This document shows, piece by piece, positions 28,159-38,253 of a stretch of 64,000 nt of DNA (position 1 is its first letter; every line of letters starts with the position of its first letter). The stretch is taken from the NCBI GenBank assembly GCA_963717065.1, contig CAVQVC010000001.1, forward strand, positions 2,134,978 through 2,198,977. The letters are read 5' to 3'. The notes beneath the pieces were generated by a model. It ran no database searches. It had not been told where the DNA came from and worked only from the letters and a program-made list of their open reading frames with translations. The translations under genes and the position numbers were made by a program. The DNA is from an uncultured Chloroflexia bacterium (GTDB lineage: Bacteria > Chloroflexota > Dehalococcoidia > SM23-28-2 > RBG-16-64-32).

Positions 28159-29277
28159 CTATAAGAGTCCGAGCCTCGTCGCGGCCAGAACCGCCTGCGC
28201 CCGCGTGTGCGCCTGGAGCTTACGCATTGCCGCCTTCACGTTGTCCTTAATCGTGTGGTGACTCACCGAAAGCTCGTCCGCAATGGTGCGGTTGCTCTTT
28301 CCTTCGGAGACGAGCTGCAGGACGCGGATCTCCCGCGGGGTCAGCGGCTTACCGGAGCCGGGCAGACTCCGCGCCCGCGATGAAACCCGCTCCTTTGCTT
28401 CCCGCTCCGTCACGTCGCGTGAATTCACCAGCGCCACGTGCGTCCCCGAATTGTCCACCATTATCCGGCCCACCGACTCCAGCACGCGCCAGGACCCGTT
28501 CTTGTGCCTGGCCCTCACTTTCAGGTAGTGCGGGTTGCCGGGATTGTCGATCGCCGCGCGGAACGTCTCCAGCGCAATCGCCAGGTCCTCGGGGTGGACG
28601 AAGTCGTAAACAATCTTCCCGATCCGCTCCCTGCGGTCATACCCGAGCACCGTCGTAACCGCTGAGTTTTCGTAGTGAATCGCCCCGTCAATGCCTATCA
28701 GCGCCACGATGTCGCACTGGTTCTCCACAATCGCGCGGTAGTAGGGCGCGCTTCGTTGAACCGCCTGCTCCGAGAGCGCGAACTCGCCTATCGTGCGGCC
28801 GATCGAGGCCAACGTTTCCGATATGTCGGCTACGTCCGGCACCTTGCGCGCCAGCAACTCGACAGCGCCGTTGATAATCCCGCCGCCCACCATCGGAAAG
28901 CAGTACGCGCACAGTAGTCCCGCCCGCGCCGCCGCTTCCTTCCGCGCAAAGCCGGGGTCAGCGCGTATGTCCTCAACCCAGACCGGGGCGCCGCGCTGCA
29001 GCACGCGTCCCGGAATACCATACCCCCGGCCAGCCGCAATTCCTCTGGCCATCTCCTCCATCGAGCCGACGTCCAGGCTGGACGCATGCCAGTCGGCGAA
29101 GAGGCTCAGCATGCCGGAATCGGCGTCGAGCAGCCAGATCTCGCCCACATCCCAGCCGAATCCCTCGCAGATCGTCCTCAGGAGATCCGGCGCCGCCTCT
29201 TCGAGATCCGAGGCCCCCTCCAGTATCCGGGTGACCTCGAACTCCACCACTACTTCGGTTGATTGCCTGCTCGCCAT
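28159..29277 (-). CDS. GAF + PAS sensor fused to LuxR-type HTH transcriptional regulator
   Basis: 372-aa ORF with an N-terminal GAF-like region (GWDVGEIWLLD..GIPGRVL), a PAS region (YYRAIVENQCDIVALIGIDGAIHYENSAV) and a C-terminal LTPREIRVLQLVSEGKSNRTIADELSVSHHTIKDNVKAAMRKL. Confidence 0.8.
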   Translation of the reverse strand: MASRQSTEVVVEFEVTRILEGASDLEEAAPDLLRTICEGFGWDVGEIWLLDADSGMLSLFADWHASSLDVGSMEEMARGIAAGRGYGIPGRVLQRGAPVWVEDIRADPGFARKEAAARAGLLCAYCFPMVGGGIINGAVELLARKVPDVADISETLASIGRTIGEFALSEQAVQRSAPYYRAIVENQCDIVALIGIDGAIHYENSAVTTVLGYDRRERIGKIVYDFVHPEDLAIALETFRAAIDNPGNPHYLKVRARHKNGSWRVLESVGRIMVDNSGTHVALVNSRDVTEREAKERVSSRARSLPGSGKPLTPREIRVLQLVSEGKSNRTIADELSVSHHTIKDNVKAAMRKLQAHTRAQAVLAATRLGLL

Positions 29278-29490
29278 AACTGCTATCAGATGCTTTATAC
29301 CAGCCGCATCCGCTTCCGGCCAATTTCATTGCCGAAAATACACCCCCATTTGGGGTCTCGCATACTGACCCCCGGAGTCGCTCGCCTTTCTCGGCAAGTC
29401 TAACCTCTGGCCGCGAGTTCGGTCGCACCGGACGAGATTCAGCGAGAATCTCAGGAGTTCGCGGCCCACACCCATTGACATCCTCACGCC

Positions 29491-29531
29491 GATGAACGAC
29501 CATTCATCCGTGTGAATGACGGTTCATTCAC
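29491..29531 (+). promoter_or_regulatory. Two tandem operator-like palindromes upstream of the TetR-P450 operon
   Basis: gatgaacgaccattcatc (29491-29508) and gtgaatgacggttcattcac (29512-29531) share the core TGAAY-N4-RTTCA, with centres about 22 bp apart. They lie between a TTGACA box (29475-29480) and the ATG at 29544. Confidence 0.5.
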
Positions 29532-29543
29532 GCACTTCCTGCC

Positions 29544-30194
29544 ATGGCTAAAGTTACCGACGCTCACATCGAAGCCCGGCGCAACCAGATTATACTCGCC
29601 GCCTGGGAGTGCTTCGCCCGCTCCGGCTACTACCAGACGAAGATGCAGGACATCGCCCGCGAGGCCGGCATCAGCGCCGGCGCCATCTACCGCTACTTTC
29701 CCAGCAAAGAAGCCGTCCTCAAGGCCATCAGCGAGCGTAGCCTCGAACGCGACCTCGACCTGATGGAGCGGGCGCGCGCCACCGAGGAAGAGCCCATCGC
29801 CGCCCTCGAGTTGCTCTCTCTCGCCATGCGTTCCGTCTTCCAGGAGCCCGGCTTTGAGACCCTCGCACGCATGAACGTCGAGCTCCGCCCAGAGTTCCTT
29901 CGCAACGACGACCTCAAGCGCAGCATGCGCAAGAACCTCCGCGTGATGCTGGCCGCGGCTTCGCTCCTCATCTCAGACGCCAAACGCAAGGGCCAGATCA
30001 AGCCCAACGTCGACCCCGAGGCCCTGGCCATGCTGGCCCTCTGCTTCAACGAGGGCCTGCGCCAGTATCGCCTCATCGACCCGCAGACGTTCAAGGTGGA
30101 GCCCCTGATCGACCTGCTGCGCGAGATCGTGTCTGAGCCTCACGAGCCGCCTGGTACAACTCTCCCCGAAAGCGAAGAGGCGTCCGTCCGGTGA
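29544..30194 (+). CDS. TetR/AcrR family transcriptional regulator
   Basis: 216-aa ORF with N-terminal HTH RRNQIILAAWECFARSGYYQTKMQDIAREAGISAGAIYRYFPSKEAV. Its stop overlaps the P450 start (GTGA). Confidence 0.88.
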   Translation: MAKVTDAHIEARRNQIILAAWECFARSGYYQTKMQDIAREAGISAGAIYRYFPSKEAVLKAISERSLERDLDLMERARATEEEPIAALELLSLAMRSVFQEPGFETLARMNVELRPEFLRNDDLKRSMRKNLRVMLAAASLLISDAKRKGQIKPNVDPEALAMLALCFNEGLRQYRLIDPQTFKVEPLIDLLREIVSEPHEPPGTTLPESEEASVR

Positions 30195-31417
30195 CCCGCA
30201 CCGCAACGGTCGAGCTAAACCCATTCTCGCTGGAGACGCGCGAAGACCCCTACCCACTCTACGCTCAGCTTCGCCGCGACCACCCCGTGCACCCGTTCGG
30301 CCCCTTCTGGCTGGTCAGTCGCTACGACGACGCCCAGCACGTCCTCAAGAACCCGGCACTTTTCTCTTCCGCGGGCGTCGGCTCTCCAACGGTTGCCGGC
30401 CGCCCTGCCAGCACACTCGTGAACACCGATCCTCCGCAGCACACCCGCCTGCGCAACATCGTCAATCGCGCGTTCACTCCCCGCATGGTCGCGGACATGG
30501 AGCCCCGCATACAAGAGATTACCGCTGGACTGATCGACGCCGTCGGCGAGAGTGGCGAGTCCGAGACTGACCTCATACGCGACCTCGCCGTTCCTCTGCC
30601 CGTAATCGTCATCGCCGAGATCCTCGGCGTCGAACCCGGGCGCCGCGAAGACTTCAAGCGCTGGTCCAACGCCGTCGTCTCCCAGGTCGCAGCGCCGGGA
30701 GACAACCCCGAGGGCCGGTTCTCCGTAATGCCCGAAGAAGTCGCGGACTTCCGCGAGTACTTCGAAGCAGTCGTTGATCGCCGGCGCAAGGCCCCGGAGG
30801 CTGACCTGATCAGCGCCCTCGTCCAGGCCGAAGCCGACGACGAAGCTCTCACCTCAGACGACGTCCTCGCATTCACGGCTCTCCTCTTGATCGCCGGCAA
30901 CGAGACGACGACCAACCTCATCGGCAACGCAGTCCTCGCCCTCCTCCGCCAGCCGGAACAGCTCGCCAGGGTGCTCGCCGACCCCTCGCTCCTACCCAAT
31001 ACCGTCGAGGAGTCGCTGCGCTACGAGGCCCCCGTCCAGATGCTCTTCCGTAAGACCACCGCGGAGTGTTTGATTGCGGACGTGCAGCTCCCGGAAGGCT
31101 CCATGGTCGTGCCCCTCATCGCTTCCGCCAACCGGGACGAACGCCGCTACGAGGATCCCGACCGCTTCGATGTAATGCGCGACACCCAGGGACACCTGGC
31201 ATTCGGACACGGAATACACTTCTGCCTCGGGGCGCCACTCGCTCGCCTCGAGGCGAGGGTGGCCCTGGAGGCCCTTCTCCAGCGTCTCCCATTCGTGGAG
31301 CTCGCGGAGGAGAAGCCAGAGCGCGTCGACCCCTTCTTCCTCCGCGGGCTCAAACGGCTGGCTCTTGCCTTCAACCCTCGCCGCTGGCGATTGGCGGGGA
31401 AACCGATCACGCCATAA
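30191..31417 (+). CDS. Cytochrome P450
   Basis: 408-aa ORF with I-helix AGNETT, ExxR (EESLRYE) and the heme loop FGHGIHFCLGAPLARLE. Confidence 0.92.
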   Translation: MTRTATVELNPFSLETREDPYPLYAQLRRDHPVHPFGPFWLVSRYDDAQHVLKNPALFSSAGVGSPTVAGRPASTLVNTDPPQHTRLRNIVNRAFTPRMVADMEPRIQEITAGLIDAVGESGESETDLIRDLAVPLPVIVIAEILGVEPGRREDFKRWSNAVVSQVAAPGDNPEGRFSVMPEEVADFREYFEAVVDRRRKAPEADLISALVQAEADDEALTSDDVLAFTALLLIAGNETTTNLIGNAVLALLRQPEQLARVLADPSLLPNTVEESLRYEAPVQMLFRKTTAECLIADVQLPEGSMVVPLIASANRDERRYEDPDRFDVMRDTQGHLAFGHGIHFCLGAPLARLEARVALEALLQRLPFVELAEEKPERVDPFFLRGLKRLALAFNPRRWRLAGKPITP

Positions 31418-31460
31418 CCTGCACCCGCAGAGCCCATCCCGGCGGGTGCGTGCCGGACGC

Positions 31461-31494
31461 AGAGAGGGCGGGACCCCCAAAGCCCGCCCTCTCT
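31461..31494. terminator. Bidirectional hairpin between convergent P450 and hydrolase genes
   Basis: agagagggcggg-acccccaaag-cccgccctctct, a perfect 12-bp stem, followed by atatctct on the plus strand. Confidence 0.55.
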
Positions 31495-31515
31495 ATATCT
31501 CTAAGGTGATGGGCG

Positions 31516-32328
31516 CTAGCCCGCGCTATCCAGCAACCTCTCCTGGAGCCACGCAAACACCTCGGCCCTCGCCATCTCGTTGTCGAACAGCTTTAGACCG
31601 TGCGCAGGCCGTCCCCCGTGTGCCGCCGCGCCGACGTACAGCCGCACGCGAACCGGGTCCGACACGAAGTTCGCCAGCGCCGTCGAATCTCCGCTCTCTC
31701 GCTCGTCCGTCACAAACAGCACCGACCGCGGCTTGAAACCCTCATATCCGTCGCCCACCAGCGCGTTCGTCGGCGGACTCGAGTCAATCGAGAGCGCCAC
31801 CGCCGTAACATCGGGTCGCAGCCCCGTTTCGACGTACCCGAGGTTTCCTCCAAGCCCGAGCCCCACTATCCCCAGCTTCGCTCCATCGACCCCTTCCTGG
31901 TTCCCCAGGTAGTCCAGACTTGCGTCCACGTCCGTCAGCAGCCGGTCCGCGATCTCCCGGCACTCGCTGTCCGGCAGCGGGTCGTCGAACATCGGGTCAG
32001 TGCTGCACTGGTCGATCTCGCCGTAGTCCAGCTCCGGCGCCAGCACCGCATAACCGGCGCTGACCAGGGCGGGCGCGATCGCGATCCAGTCCTCGCGCGA
32101 GCCACCCGGCTCGGACAACAAGAGCAGCCCGGGCGCATCGGTCTGGCCAGCGGGCTTTGATATCTCCGCAACCACCTCGCCGCCGTCGCTTTCGTAGGTC
32201 ACAGCGGTTCCGAAGTAGATATGCCGGGCCGGCGTACTGTCGCCTCCTCCGTTCCCATCATCACTCCCGCCGCTGCAGGCGGCGACGAGGGCTGCCAGAG
32301 CGATAGACGCGATCCAGAGGTGCCGCAT
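31516..32328 (-). CDS. Dienelactone-hydrolase-like alpha/beta hydrolase lipoprotein
   Basis: The start was chosen at MRHLWIASIALAALVAAC (lipobox). GLLLLSEPGGSREDW..YAVLAPELDYG..IVGLGLGG (nucleophile elbow-like). The ORF track extends to 32565 through low-GC sequence that looks non-coding. Confidence 0.7.
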   Translation of the reverse strand: MRHLWIASIALAALVAACSGGSDDGNGGGDSTPARHIYFGTAVTYESDGGEVVAEISKPAGQTDAPGLLLLSEPGGSREDWIAIAPALVSAGYAVLAPELDYGEIDQCSTDPMFDDPLPDSECREIADRLLTDVDASLDYLGNQEGVDGAKLGIVGLGLGGNLGYVETGLRPDVTAVALSIDSSPPTNALVGDGYEGFKPRSVLFVTDERESGDSTALANFVSDPVRVRLYVGAAAHGGRPAHGLKLFDNEMARAEVFAWLQERLLDSAG

Positions 32329-32690
32329 ATACCGATTATACGTTCGGAACTGCGATCGGTATGGACGCGGGGACGTTGAGCGATACGGACAATCAAACGG
32401 ATTCTGTATCTGATTTTCGATTGTTTGGACGGGTTCGTACCAGGATGTTTGATTGTTGGCCGGAGAAGAGGCACTTTGGGCCCGATCTCTCTGTCTGGCG
32501 ACGGCTCGAAAGCGCCGATCTGCTTTGATTGATGAACCAACAAGAACGTGGAGCGAAACGTTCAATCAGACGATGCCTGCGCCTGCCTGAAACGATGTTT
32601 GTGGCCACGAATCAAGGGTAGCAGGGCAGCCGGCCCATCTCGAAGCGGAACGTGTCAGTAGGCCGGTAGCCCCTACGTGGCGCCGGTCCC

Positions 32691-33596
32691 TTGACTTTCG
32701 TCGGGCAAGCTGCTTGCATCAACCGTATGGACGCCCCCGATACCGTGATCCGCGAATCCCACCTGGGCCGCTGGGAGATGGTGCTGCGGCGGCCGCACCC
32801 CGCCCTGCGCGACTACGTGCTGCGCTACCAGGGGTACACGCAGACCGCCCGCTTCGGCGCCCTGACGCGCCACTTCCCGTCCGGCAAGGTCGTGCTGGCG
32901 ATCAGCTTCGGCCCTGGGTTCCGCGTCACCGGCCCCGGCGCGAGCCCCGACCTCTCGCAGCACCGCAACTCCTTCGTCGCCGGCCTGCACGACACCTACT
33001 CTGAAGGCGAGTGGACCGGCGACTCGCACGGCATCCAGGTCGACTTCACGCCGATCGGCGCGCACCTCTTCTTCCGGCTCCCGATGCACCTGCTCACAAA
33101 CCGCGTCATCGAAGCCGGCGACCTCCTCGGGGCGGATGCCGGTGCGCTTACCGCGCGTCTGGCCGAAGCGCCCGCCTGGCCGCAGCGCTTCGCCGTCCTC
33201 GAGTCCTTCGTCGCGAGGCGGCTCATGGCCGCGCCGGAGCCGTCGCCGGAAGTGGCGTGGGCCTGGCGGCGTCTCCAGGAGACCGGCGGCCGAGCCTCGA
33301 TCGGCGCCCTCGCCGACGAGATCGGCTGGAGCCGCAAGCACCTGATCGCCCGTTTCAAGGAGCAGGTCGGCCTGCCGCCCAAGACCGCCGCCCGCGTCAC
33401 CCGCTTCCAGCGCGCCGTCCGCCTGCTCGAGACCCCGCACAACGGAGACTGGACTTACATCGCGCTCGACTCCGCCTACTACGACCAGTCGCACCTGATC
33501 CGCGACTTCCACCAGTTCACCGGCGGTACACCCACAGAGTTCCTCGCGCAAAGCGCGAGCGACGTCCCGCCGGACCGCGCTGGCGACGCCACGTAA
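32691..33596 (+). CDS. AraC family transcriptional regulator
   Basis: 301-aa ORF with the C-terminal AraC HTH pair (IGALADEIGWSRKHLIARFKEQVGLPPKTAARVTRFQRAV..ALDSAYYDQSHLIRDFHQFTGGTPTEF). Confidence 0.85.
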   Translation: MTFVGQAACINRMDAPDTVIRESHLGRWEMVLRRPHPALRDYVLRYQGYTQTARFGALTRHFPSGKVVLAISFGPGFRVTGPGASPDLSQHRNSFVAGLHDTYSEGEWTGDSHGIQVDFTPIGAHLFFRLPMHLLTNRVIEAGDLLGADAGALTARLAEAPAWPQRFAVLESFVARRLMAAPEPSPEVAWAWRRLQETGGRASIGALADEIGWSRKHLIARFKEQVGLPPKTAARVTRFQRAVRLLETPHNGDWTYIALDSAYYDQSHLIRDFHQFTGGTPTEFLAQSASDVPPDRAGDAT

Positions 33597-33670
33597 ATTT
33601 CGTACAAGACTCCGTTCTACGGAGCCTCTAGACTCCCCCTCGTAAGCAATCGCTCAGAAGGAGGACACCC

Positions 33671-34072
33671 ATGCCACAGAACGAACCCGTCATCTACCCC
33701 GCCCTCTCCTACCGGGACGCCCGAGCCGCCATCGACTTTCTCACCAGCGCCTTCGGCTTCGAGGAGCTGATGGTCGTCCCCGGGGACAACGGCAGCATCG
33801 TCCACGCCGAGCTGAACCTCGGCCCGGCCGTCGTCATGCTGGGCAGCGCCAGGCCCGAGATGGGATGGCAGAGCCCCCGCGACATGCCCGCCGTCAACTC
33901 GACCCTCTACGTGGCCATCGACGACCCCGATGCCCACTTCCAGCGCGCGAAGGCGGCGGGCGCCGAGATCATCCGCGAGCCCGCCGACACCGACTACGGC
34001 TCCCGCGAATACGGAGCGAAGGACCCCGGGGGCCACCACTGGAGCTTCGGCACCTACCGCCCCGCAGTGTAG
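33671..34072 (+). CDS. VOC/glyoxalase-bleomycin resistance family protein
   Basis: 133-aa ORF with YRDARAAIDFLTSAFGFEE..HAEL..VMLGS..DPGGHHWSFGTY, typical of PhnB-like VOC proteins. Confidence 0.8.
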   Translation: MPQNEPVIYPALSYRDARAAIDFLTSAFGFEELMVVPGDNGSIVHAELNLGPAVVMLGSARPEMGWQSPRDMPAVNSTLYVAIDDPDAHFQRAKAAGAEIIREPADTDYGSREYGAKDPGGHHWSFGTYRPAV

Positions 34073-34219
34073 AGCGCACAAGAGTCCATCCGCAGCCTGT
34101 ATCGCCCGCGAATCTCGTGCAGGTTCTCTCTTCATCCACCGAATATGCTCTAAATGCGCCCCGCGAGCCGTTGACAACCCCCCCGAACGGGTAGATATTG
34201 CATTCGAAGGTCGTGTGAT

Positions 34220-34882
34220 ATGGCCGCCCGATTCTCCGTTAGTATTGCAGCCGGGCTCGCCCTGATGGCACTGGCGGTGGGATTTGCCTCCTGCCGAGAG
34301 GCGGAGGAAGATACTTCGCAACTGGCGACGGCGCCGGCGACCTCCACCAAGGATGCGCCCGCCCCGACGGCTCCGGTTCCAACACCCAGTCAGGCTTCGC
34401 AAACTCCAGCGCCCACTGACGAATCTGTGCCCGACGGGTGGATCTCGCACGTAGATGCCACGGGAAAGTTCGCTCTATTCGTACCGCAGGGATCTGTTGC
34501 CGGCGAGAGGACGGTGGATTACCCCGAGAAGGACGGGAGGCCAGCCTTCCAGGGCCGGATCATCAGTTTTCACAGCCCGTCTGGCGCGTCGTTGCTTGGG
34601 GTACTGGTTGCACCGAGCCAAGGATTGGCGACCAAAGAGTGGATCGACGATTATCCCGGGTGGCCAAGCCAACCCAGCGAAACCACCGTCGACGGCGAGC
34701 CAGCTCTCCGCTTCAGTACCAACGTTCTAGGGGAGCCTACAGCTCAGATATATTTCCAGCACAGTGGGCTGATCTATGTTCTCAGCGGCGGTGTCTTCGG
34801 GGACGGCCACAGCGGTGATCCGGCGACCATCACTGAGTCAGAGTTTCAGACGGCCATTCGCGGCTTTCGCTTCATGAACTAG
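34220..34882 (+). CDS. Hypothetical lipoprotein
   Basis: 220-aa ORF with signal/lipobox AAGLALMALAVGFASC. It lies 5 nt upstream of the M23 peptidase gene on the same strand. Confidence 0.65.
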   Translation: MAARFSVSIAAGLALMALAVGFASCREAEEDTSQLATAPATSTKDAPAPTAPVPTPSQASQTPAPTDESVPDGWISHVDATGKFALFVPQGSVAGERTVDYPEKDGRPAFQGRIISFHSPSGASLLGVLVAPSQGLATKEWIDDYPGWPSQPSETTVDGEPALRFSTNVLGEPTAQIYFQHSGLIYVLSGGVFGDGHSGDPATITESEFQTAIRGFRFMN

Positions 34883-34886
34883 GCAA

Positions 34887-36860
34887 ATGGACATTCCAAC
34901 GATATTCCTGTCATGGAGGAAGCTGACCACCTCATTTTTTATCGTTGCCGCGTTCATTGCTATCGCGTTCATTGCTATCTTTTGGAGCGAAGAAACCGCG
35001 AGCGCCGCAATCGAGCGAACCTACACCCTGCCGTTCTACGAGAACTCACCAATCACTTGCCCCTGGGGTCCCTATGAAAACTGTGGACTCGTAGGTCAGC
35101 ACAATGGCACCGACTACTCGGTTGGAAACAACACCACCGCCGGCGACAAAGTGGCCGCAGCCCTAGCAGGCACCGTTGGGCTGTACACTGACTTCGATCC
35201 GTTCAACGGTCTGGGATGCGGCTACTACGTGGTCATCGATCATGTCAACGGGCACAAATCGCGGTACTGCCATTTGACCAGCTGGGCGGTTTCGAACGGT
35301 CAAGCCGTCGGACGCGGGCAACTGATCGGCTTTGAAGGCAGTTCCGGTGCAACGGGCGTGAACCTTCACTTCGATGCGCGGGTGGATGCGTCCCCGGGGA
35401 ACTGTTGCAGTGGGACTTCAGTCGATCCATATGGCGGACCATACTCACCTAGTACATACCTCTGGAGTACGAACCCGCCCTCCTACCACTTGGCTGGCGC
35501 CGTGGTCAACATGCTGCGCAACGCCTCTGGCGAGCAAGCCAGTATTTTCCCCTGGAGCGAGACCGGAGCGGCTGACGCTTTCATCTGGAACTCTCCATCC
35601 CCTCTCAGCGGGAGCAAGTTCGTGCGAACAGGCGGCGGCGCCAGCGGGGGCTCTGTATACCAGGACGTGGTGACGAGTACGCCGAACGACGCGTATTACC
35701 TCTTCTCTCTGTGGGCACGGATGTCCTTGGGGTGCTCACCGGTCGACCTGAAGGTTTGGGGCCTGGGTGGGTCGGCCGGAGATGAGAGCTATTTAACTCA
35801 CCTCAATACGTTGTGCACCAACTGGACTTACGTGAGTGTCCCAGGAGATTTCGCGTACGCGCACAACCGGGTTCGCGTCGAGGTGTATATCGGCGCGAAC
35901 AAAACGATCGACATCGACGCAACGGAGCTGGTGCCCACCAAGAATATGAACGCTTCGTTCGAACATCCGGGTAAGGCGGGTAACGGTACCCCGTACTGGA
36001 ACAAGATTGACGGCACCACGGGCTGGTCCTTCCTTACGAGCCCGGGCCCGAAGAGCGGCGCTCGGTTCATGCGCGCGCAGAGAACAGTTCCGGCTGGGCC
36101 GTCCGACTCCAAGATATGGGACGACATACCCGTGGTACCGGTATCCGGAGAGAGTTATACGTTCTCGGTCTGGCTTCGCGCCGTATCGCCTACGGTGACG
36201 GGACTGATCAGGATCCACACGCTCGGCCCAACCTACGAGAAAACCGAGACCTGGTTTACTCTCAACAGCACCGCCTGGAAGGAGTGGTCGGCTACGCTTG
36301 AGCCGGTGGCTGTAGGGCATACCGGTCTCCGGATCGAAATCTACTTCTTCAATCAGGGTTCATACGACATAGACGGCACACAGGTCGTACAAAACCTTCT
36401 CGCGCGTTCGTCGTTCGAATCCGGCGCGACTCCGGAGTGGGGTGCGTTTGAGGACATCGACCCTGACCCGAACACGACGACGTACCTGAATGTCATCCAG
36501 CCAGTCGGTGGCGCCCGCGATGGACTCAAGCATCTGCAGATGAGCACGAACACGCCGAATGGCTCCGTGTTTCAAGACATTCCGAGAACTGCTCTGGTAA
36601 ACCAGAGCTACGATTTCGTGATCTGGGTCCGCTGCGTGAATATCTGCCCGGTGACCGGTTCCGTCAAACTCGTTGCTATGCCGAGTGAAGCAAGCATCAC
36701 GACGTTCAGCGCAAGCGCCGTGTGGACTCCCGTTGTCGCGACAATTGACGTCTCATCAGGCGGATTCCCGTTACGCGCTCAGATCCATATGAGTCAAACC
36801 GGGCGCAACTATGACGTGGACGCGACTGGGAACTCGATCGGCATCGCGCCAAGCTACTGA
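34887..36860 (+). CDS. M23 family metallopeptidase fused to three CBM4_9-like jelly-roll repeats
   Basis: 657-aa ORF with N-terminal TM, M23 motifs HNGTDY..VIDHVNGHKSRYCHL..GSSGATGVNLHFD, then three ~150-aa repeats. Each repeat starts N(M/L)xxxxSFE-like and contains VYQD/IWDD/VFQD..Y.F.(L/V)W(A/L/V)R..ID(I/V)DAT. Confidence 0.85.
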   Translation: MDIPTIFLSWRKLTTSFFIVAAFIAIAFIAIFWSEETASAAIERTYTLPFYENSPITCPWGPYENCGLVGQHNGTDYSVGNNTTAGDKVAAALAGTVGLYTDFDPFNGLGCGYYVVIDHVNGHKSRYCHLTSWAVSNGQAVGRGQLIGFEGSSGATGVNLHFDARVDASPGNCCSGTSVDPYGGPYSPSTYLWSTNPPSYHLAGAVVNMLRNASGEQASIFPWSETGAADAFIWNSPSPLSGSKFVRTGGGASGGSVYQDVVTSTPNDAYYLFSLWARMSLGCSPVDLKVWGLGGSAGDESYLTHLNTLCTNWTYVSVPGDFAYAHNRVRVEVYIGANKTIDIDATELVPTKNMNASFEHPGKAGNGTPYWNKIDGTTGWSFLTSPGPKSGARFMRAQRTVPAGPSDSKIWDDIPVVPVSGESYTFSVWLRAVSPTVTGLIRIHTLGPTYEKTETWFTLNSTAWKEWSATLEPVAVGHTGLRIEIYFFNQGSYDIDGTQVVQNLLARSSFESGATPEWGAFEDIDPDPNTTTYLNVIQPVGGARDGLKHLQMSTNTPNGSVFQDIPRTALVNQSYDFVIWVRCVNICPVTGSVKLVAMPSEASITTFSASAVWTPVVATIDVSSGGFPLRAQIHMSQTGRNYDVDATGNSIGIAPSY

Positions 36861-36890
36861 CATACCGCCCGGCGGTGTAGAATCGCCTTC

Positions 36891-38253
36891 GTGATACGCG
36901 AAGAGCTCGTCCCCTCCGAAGACTGCATCTTCTCCTGGATCGAGGAAGTTTACCGCCACGGCGCCCGCCGTCCCGGCTACCCCGCGGACCGCTGGGCCGA
37001 GGAGTGGGCCGCGGAGCAGTTCCGCGCGTTCGGCCTCGAGAACGTGCGGGCGGAGCCGGTGCCGCTCTGGTACTGGGAGGACCGCTCGGCGTCGCTGATC
37101 GTCGAGGGAGGCGGCGGGACGCTCGACGTCCCCTGTTTCGCGCTGCCGCACTCGACGCCGGCCGACCGTCTCGAGGCCGGCCTGGTCGCCTGGGACTCGG
37201 GCGAGCCTGGCGCGGTGAAGGGCGCGATGGCGCTGTACGGCGTCCAGCTCAACCGGCCGCCCCACGGGGTGCTGGCGCGGCTGGCCACGTGGGCCTACGA
37301 CCCGGACGGCACCTACGAGAATTCGGCGCACGCCCTGCCGTTCGCGCGGGAGATGATGCACGTCGTCGAGCCGGCGATCGAGGCTGGGGCGGCGGCGTTC
37401 ATCGGGACGCTCAGCGGCTACCCGGGCAACTCGTACCACTACTACGTCCCCTACGACGCGGTCGAGCGGCCGATCCCCGGCGTCTGGATCAGCGGCAGCG
37501 ATGGCGCGCGCCTGTGCGAGATGCTCGCCGCCGGCCCCTGCACAGCCCGCCTGCGCGTCGACGCCGTCCGCGAGCAGATCACCTGCTACAACATCGTCGG
37601 CGAGCTTCCCGGCGCGGACGACGAGACCGTGATCATCGGCTCGCACCACGACGGGCCCTGGGCCTCCGCCGTCGAGGACGGCTCCGGAATCGCGCTCGTG
37701 CTTGCGCAGGCGGCGTACTGGTCGCGCGTGCCGCGAGAGGAGCGCCCGCACCGGCTCGTCTTCCTGCTGAACGCCGGGCACATGGCGGGCGGCGCCGGCC
37801 AGGCCACTTTCGTCGAGACGCATCGAGATGAGCTCGACCGCTGCGTCCTCGAGGTGCACCTGGAACACGCCGCCGCCGAGTTCAGCGACGAAGACGGCGA
37901 GCTGCGCGCCACCGGCCTCCCCGAGTCCCGCTGGTGGTTCACCACCCGCCTCGCCGCGCTCGAAGCCACCGTGCGCGGCGCCATCGAGGCCGAGGACCTG
38001 CGCCGCTCGCTGATCCTGCCGCCCACCGCCTTCGGCCCCAAGCCCACGACCGACGGCGCCGACTTCCACCTCGCCGGCGTCCCCCTCGTCCACTTCCTCG
38101 CCGCGCCCTGGTACCTCTTCGACGCGGCGGATACGCTGGACAAGATCCACCGCGCGAAGCCTCGTCCCAATCACCCGCGCCGCCGTCCGGATCATCGAAT
38201 CCACTCGCGGCGTCTCTGCCGCCGCCATGCGCGCGGACGCCGTTCCCGCATGA
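36891..38253 (+). pseudogene. M28-family (aminopeptidase-like) peptidase, one frameshift near the 3-prime end (about 38157)
   Basis: NIVGELPGADDETVIIGSHHDGPWASAVEDGSGIALVL..HLEH.. is in frame up to DKIHRA. Then SLVPITRAAVRIIESTRGVSAAAMRADAVPA* follows in another frame (an extra a in gcg-a-agc-ctc). The stop overlaps the next ATG (ATGA). Confidence 0.75.

Noticed and set aside
32329-32690. N-terminal 79-aa extension of the hydrolase ORF (to 32565), and the repeated TTGATTG/CAATCAA motifs in this low-GC gap.
   Set aside because: The extension precedes a perfect lipoprotein signal at Met80 and has a non-protein-like composition. The short A/T-rich motifs may be regulator sites for the divergent AraC gene, but I could not define a convincing palindrome.
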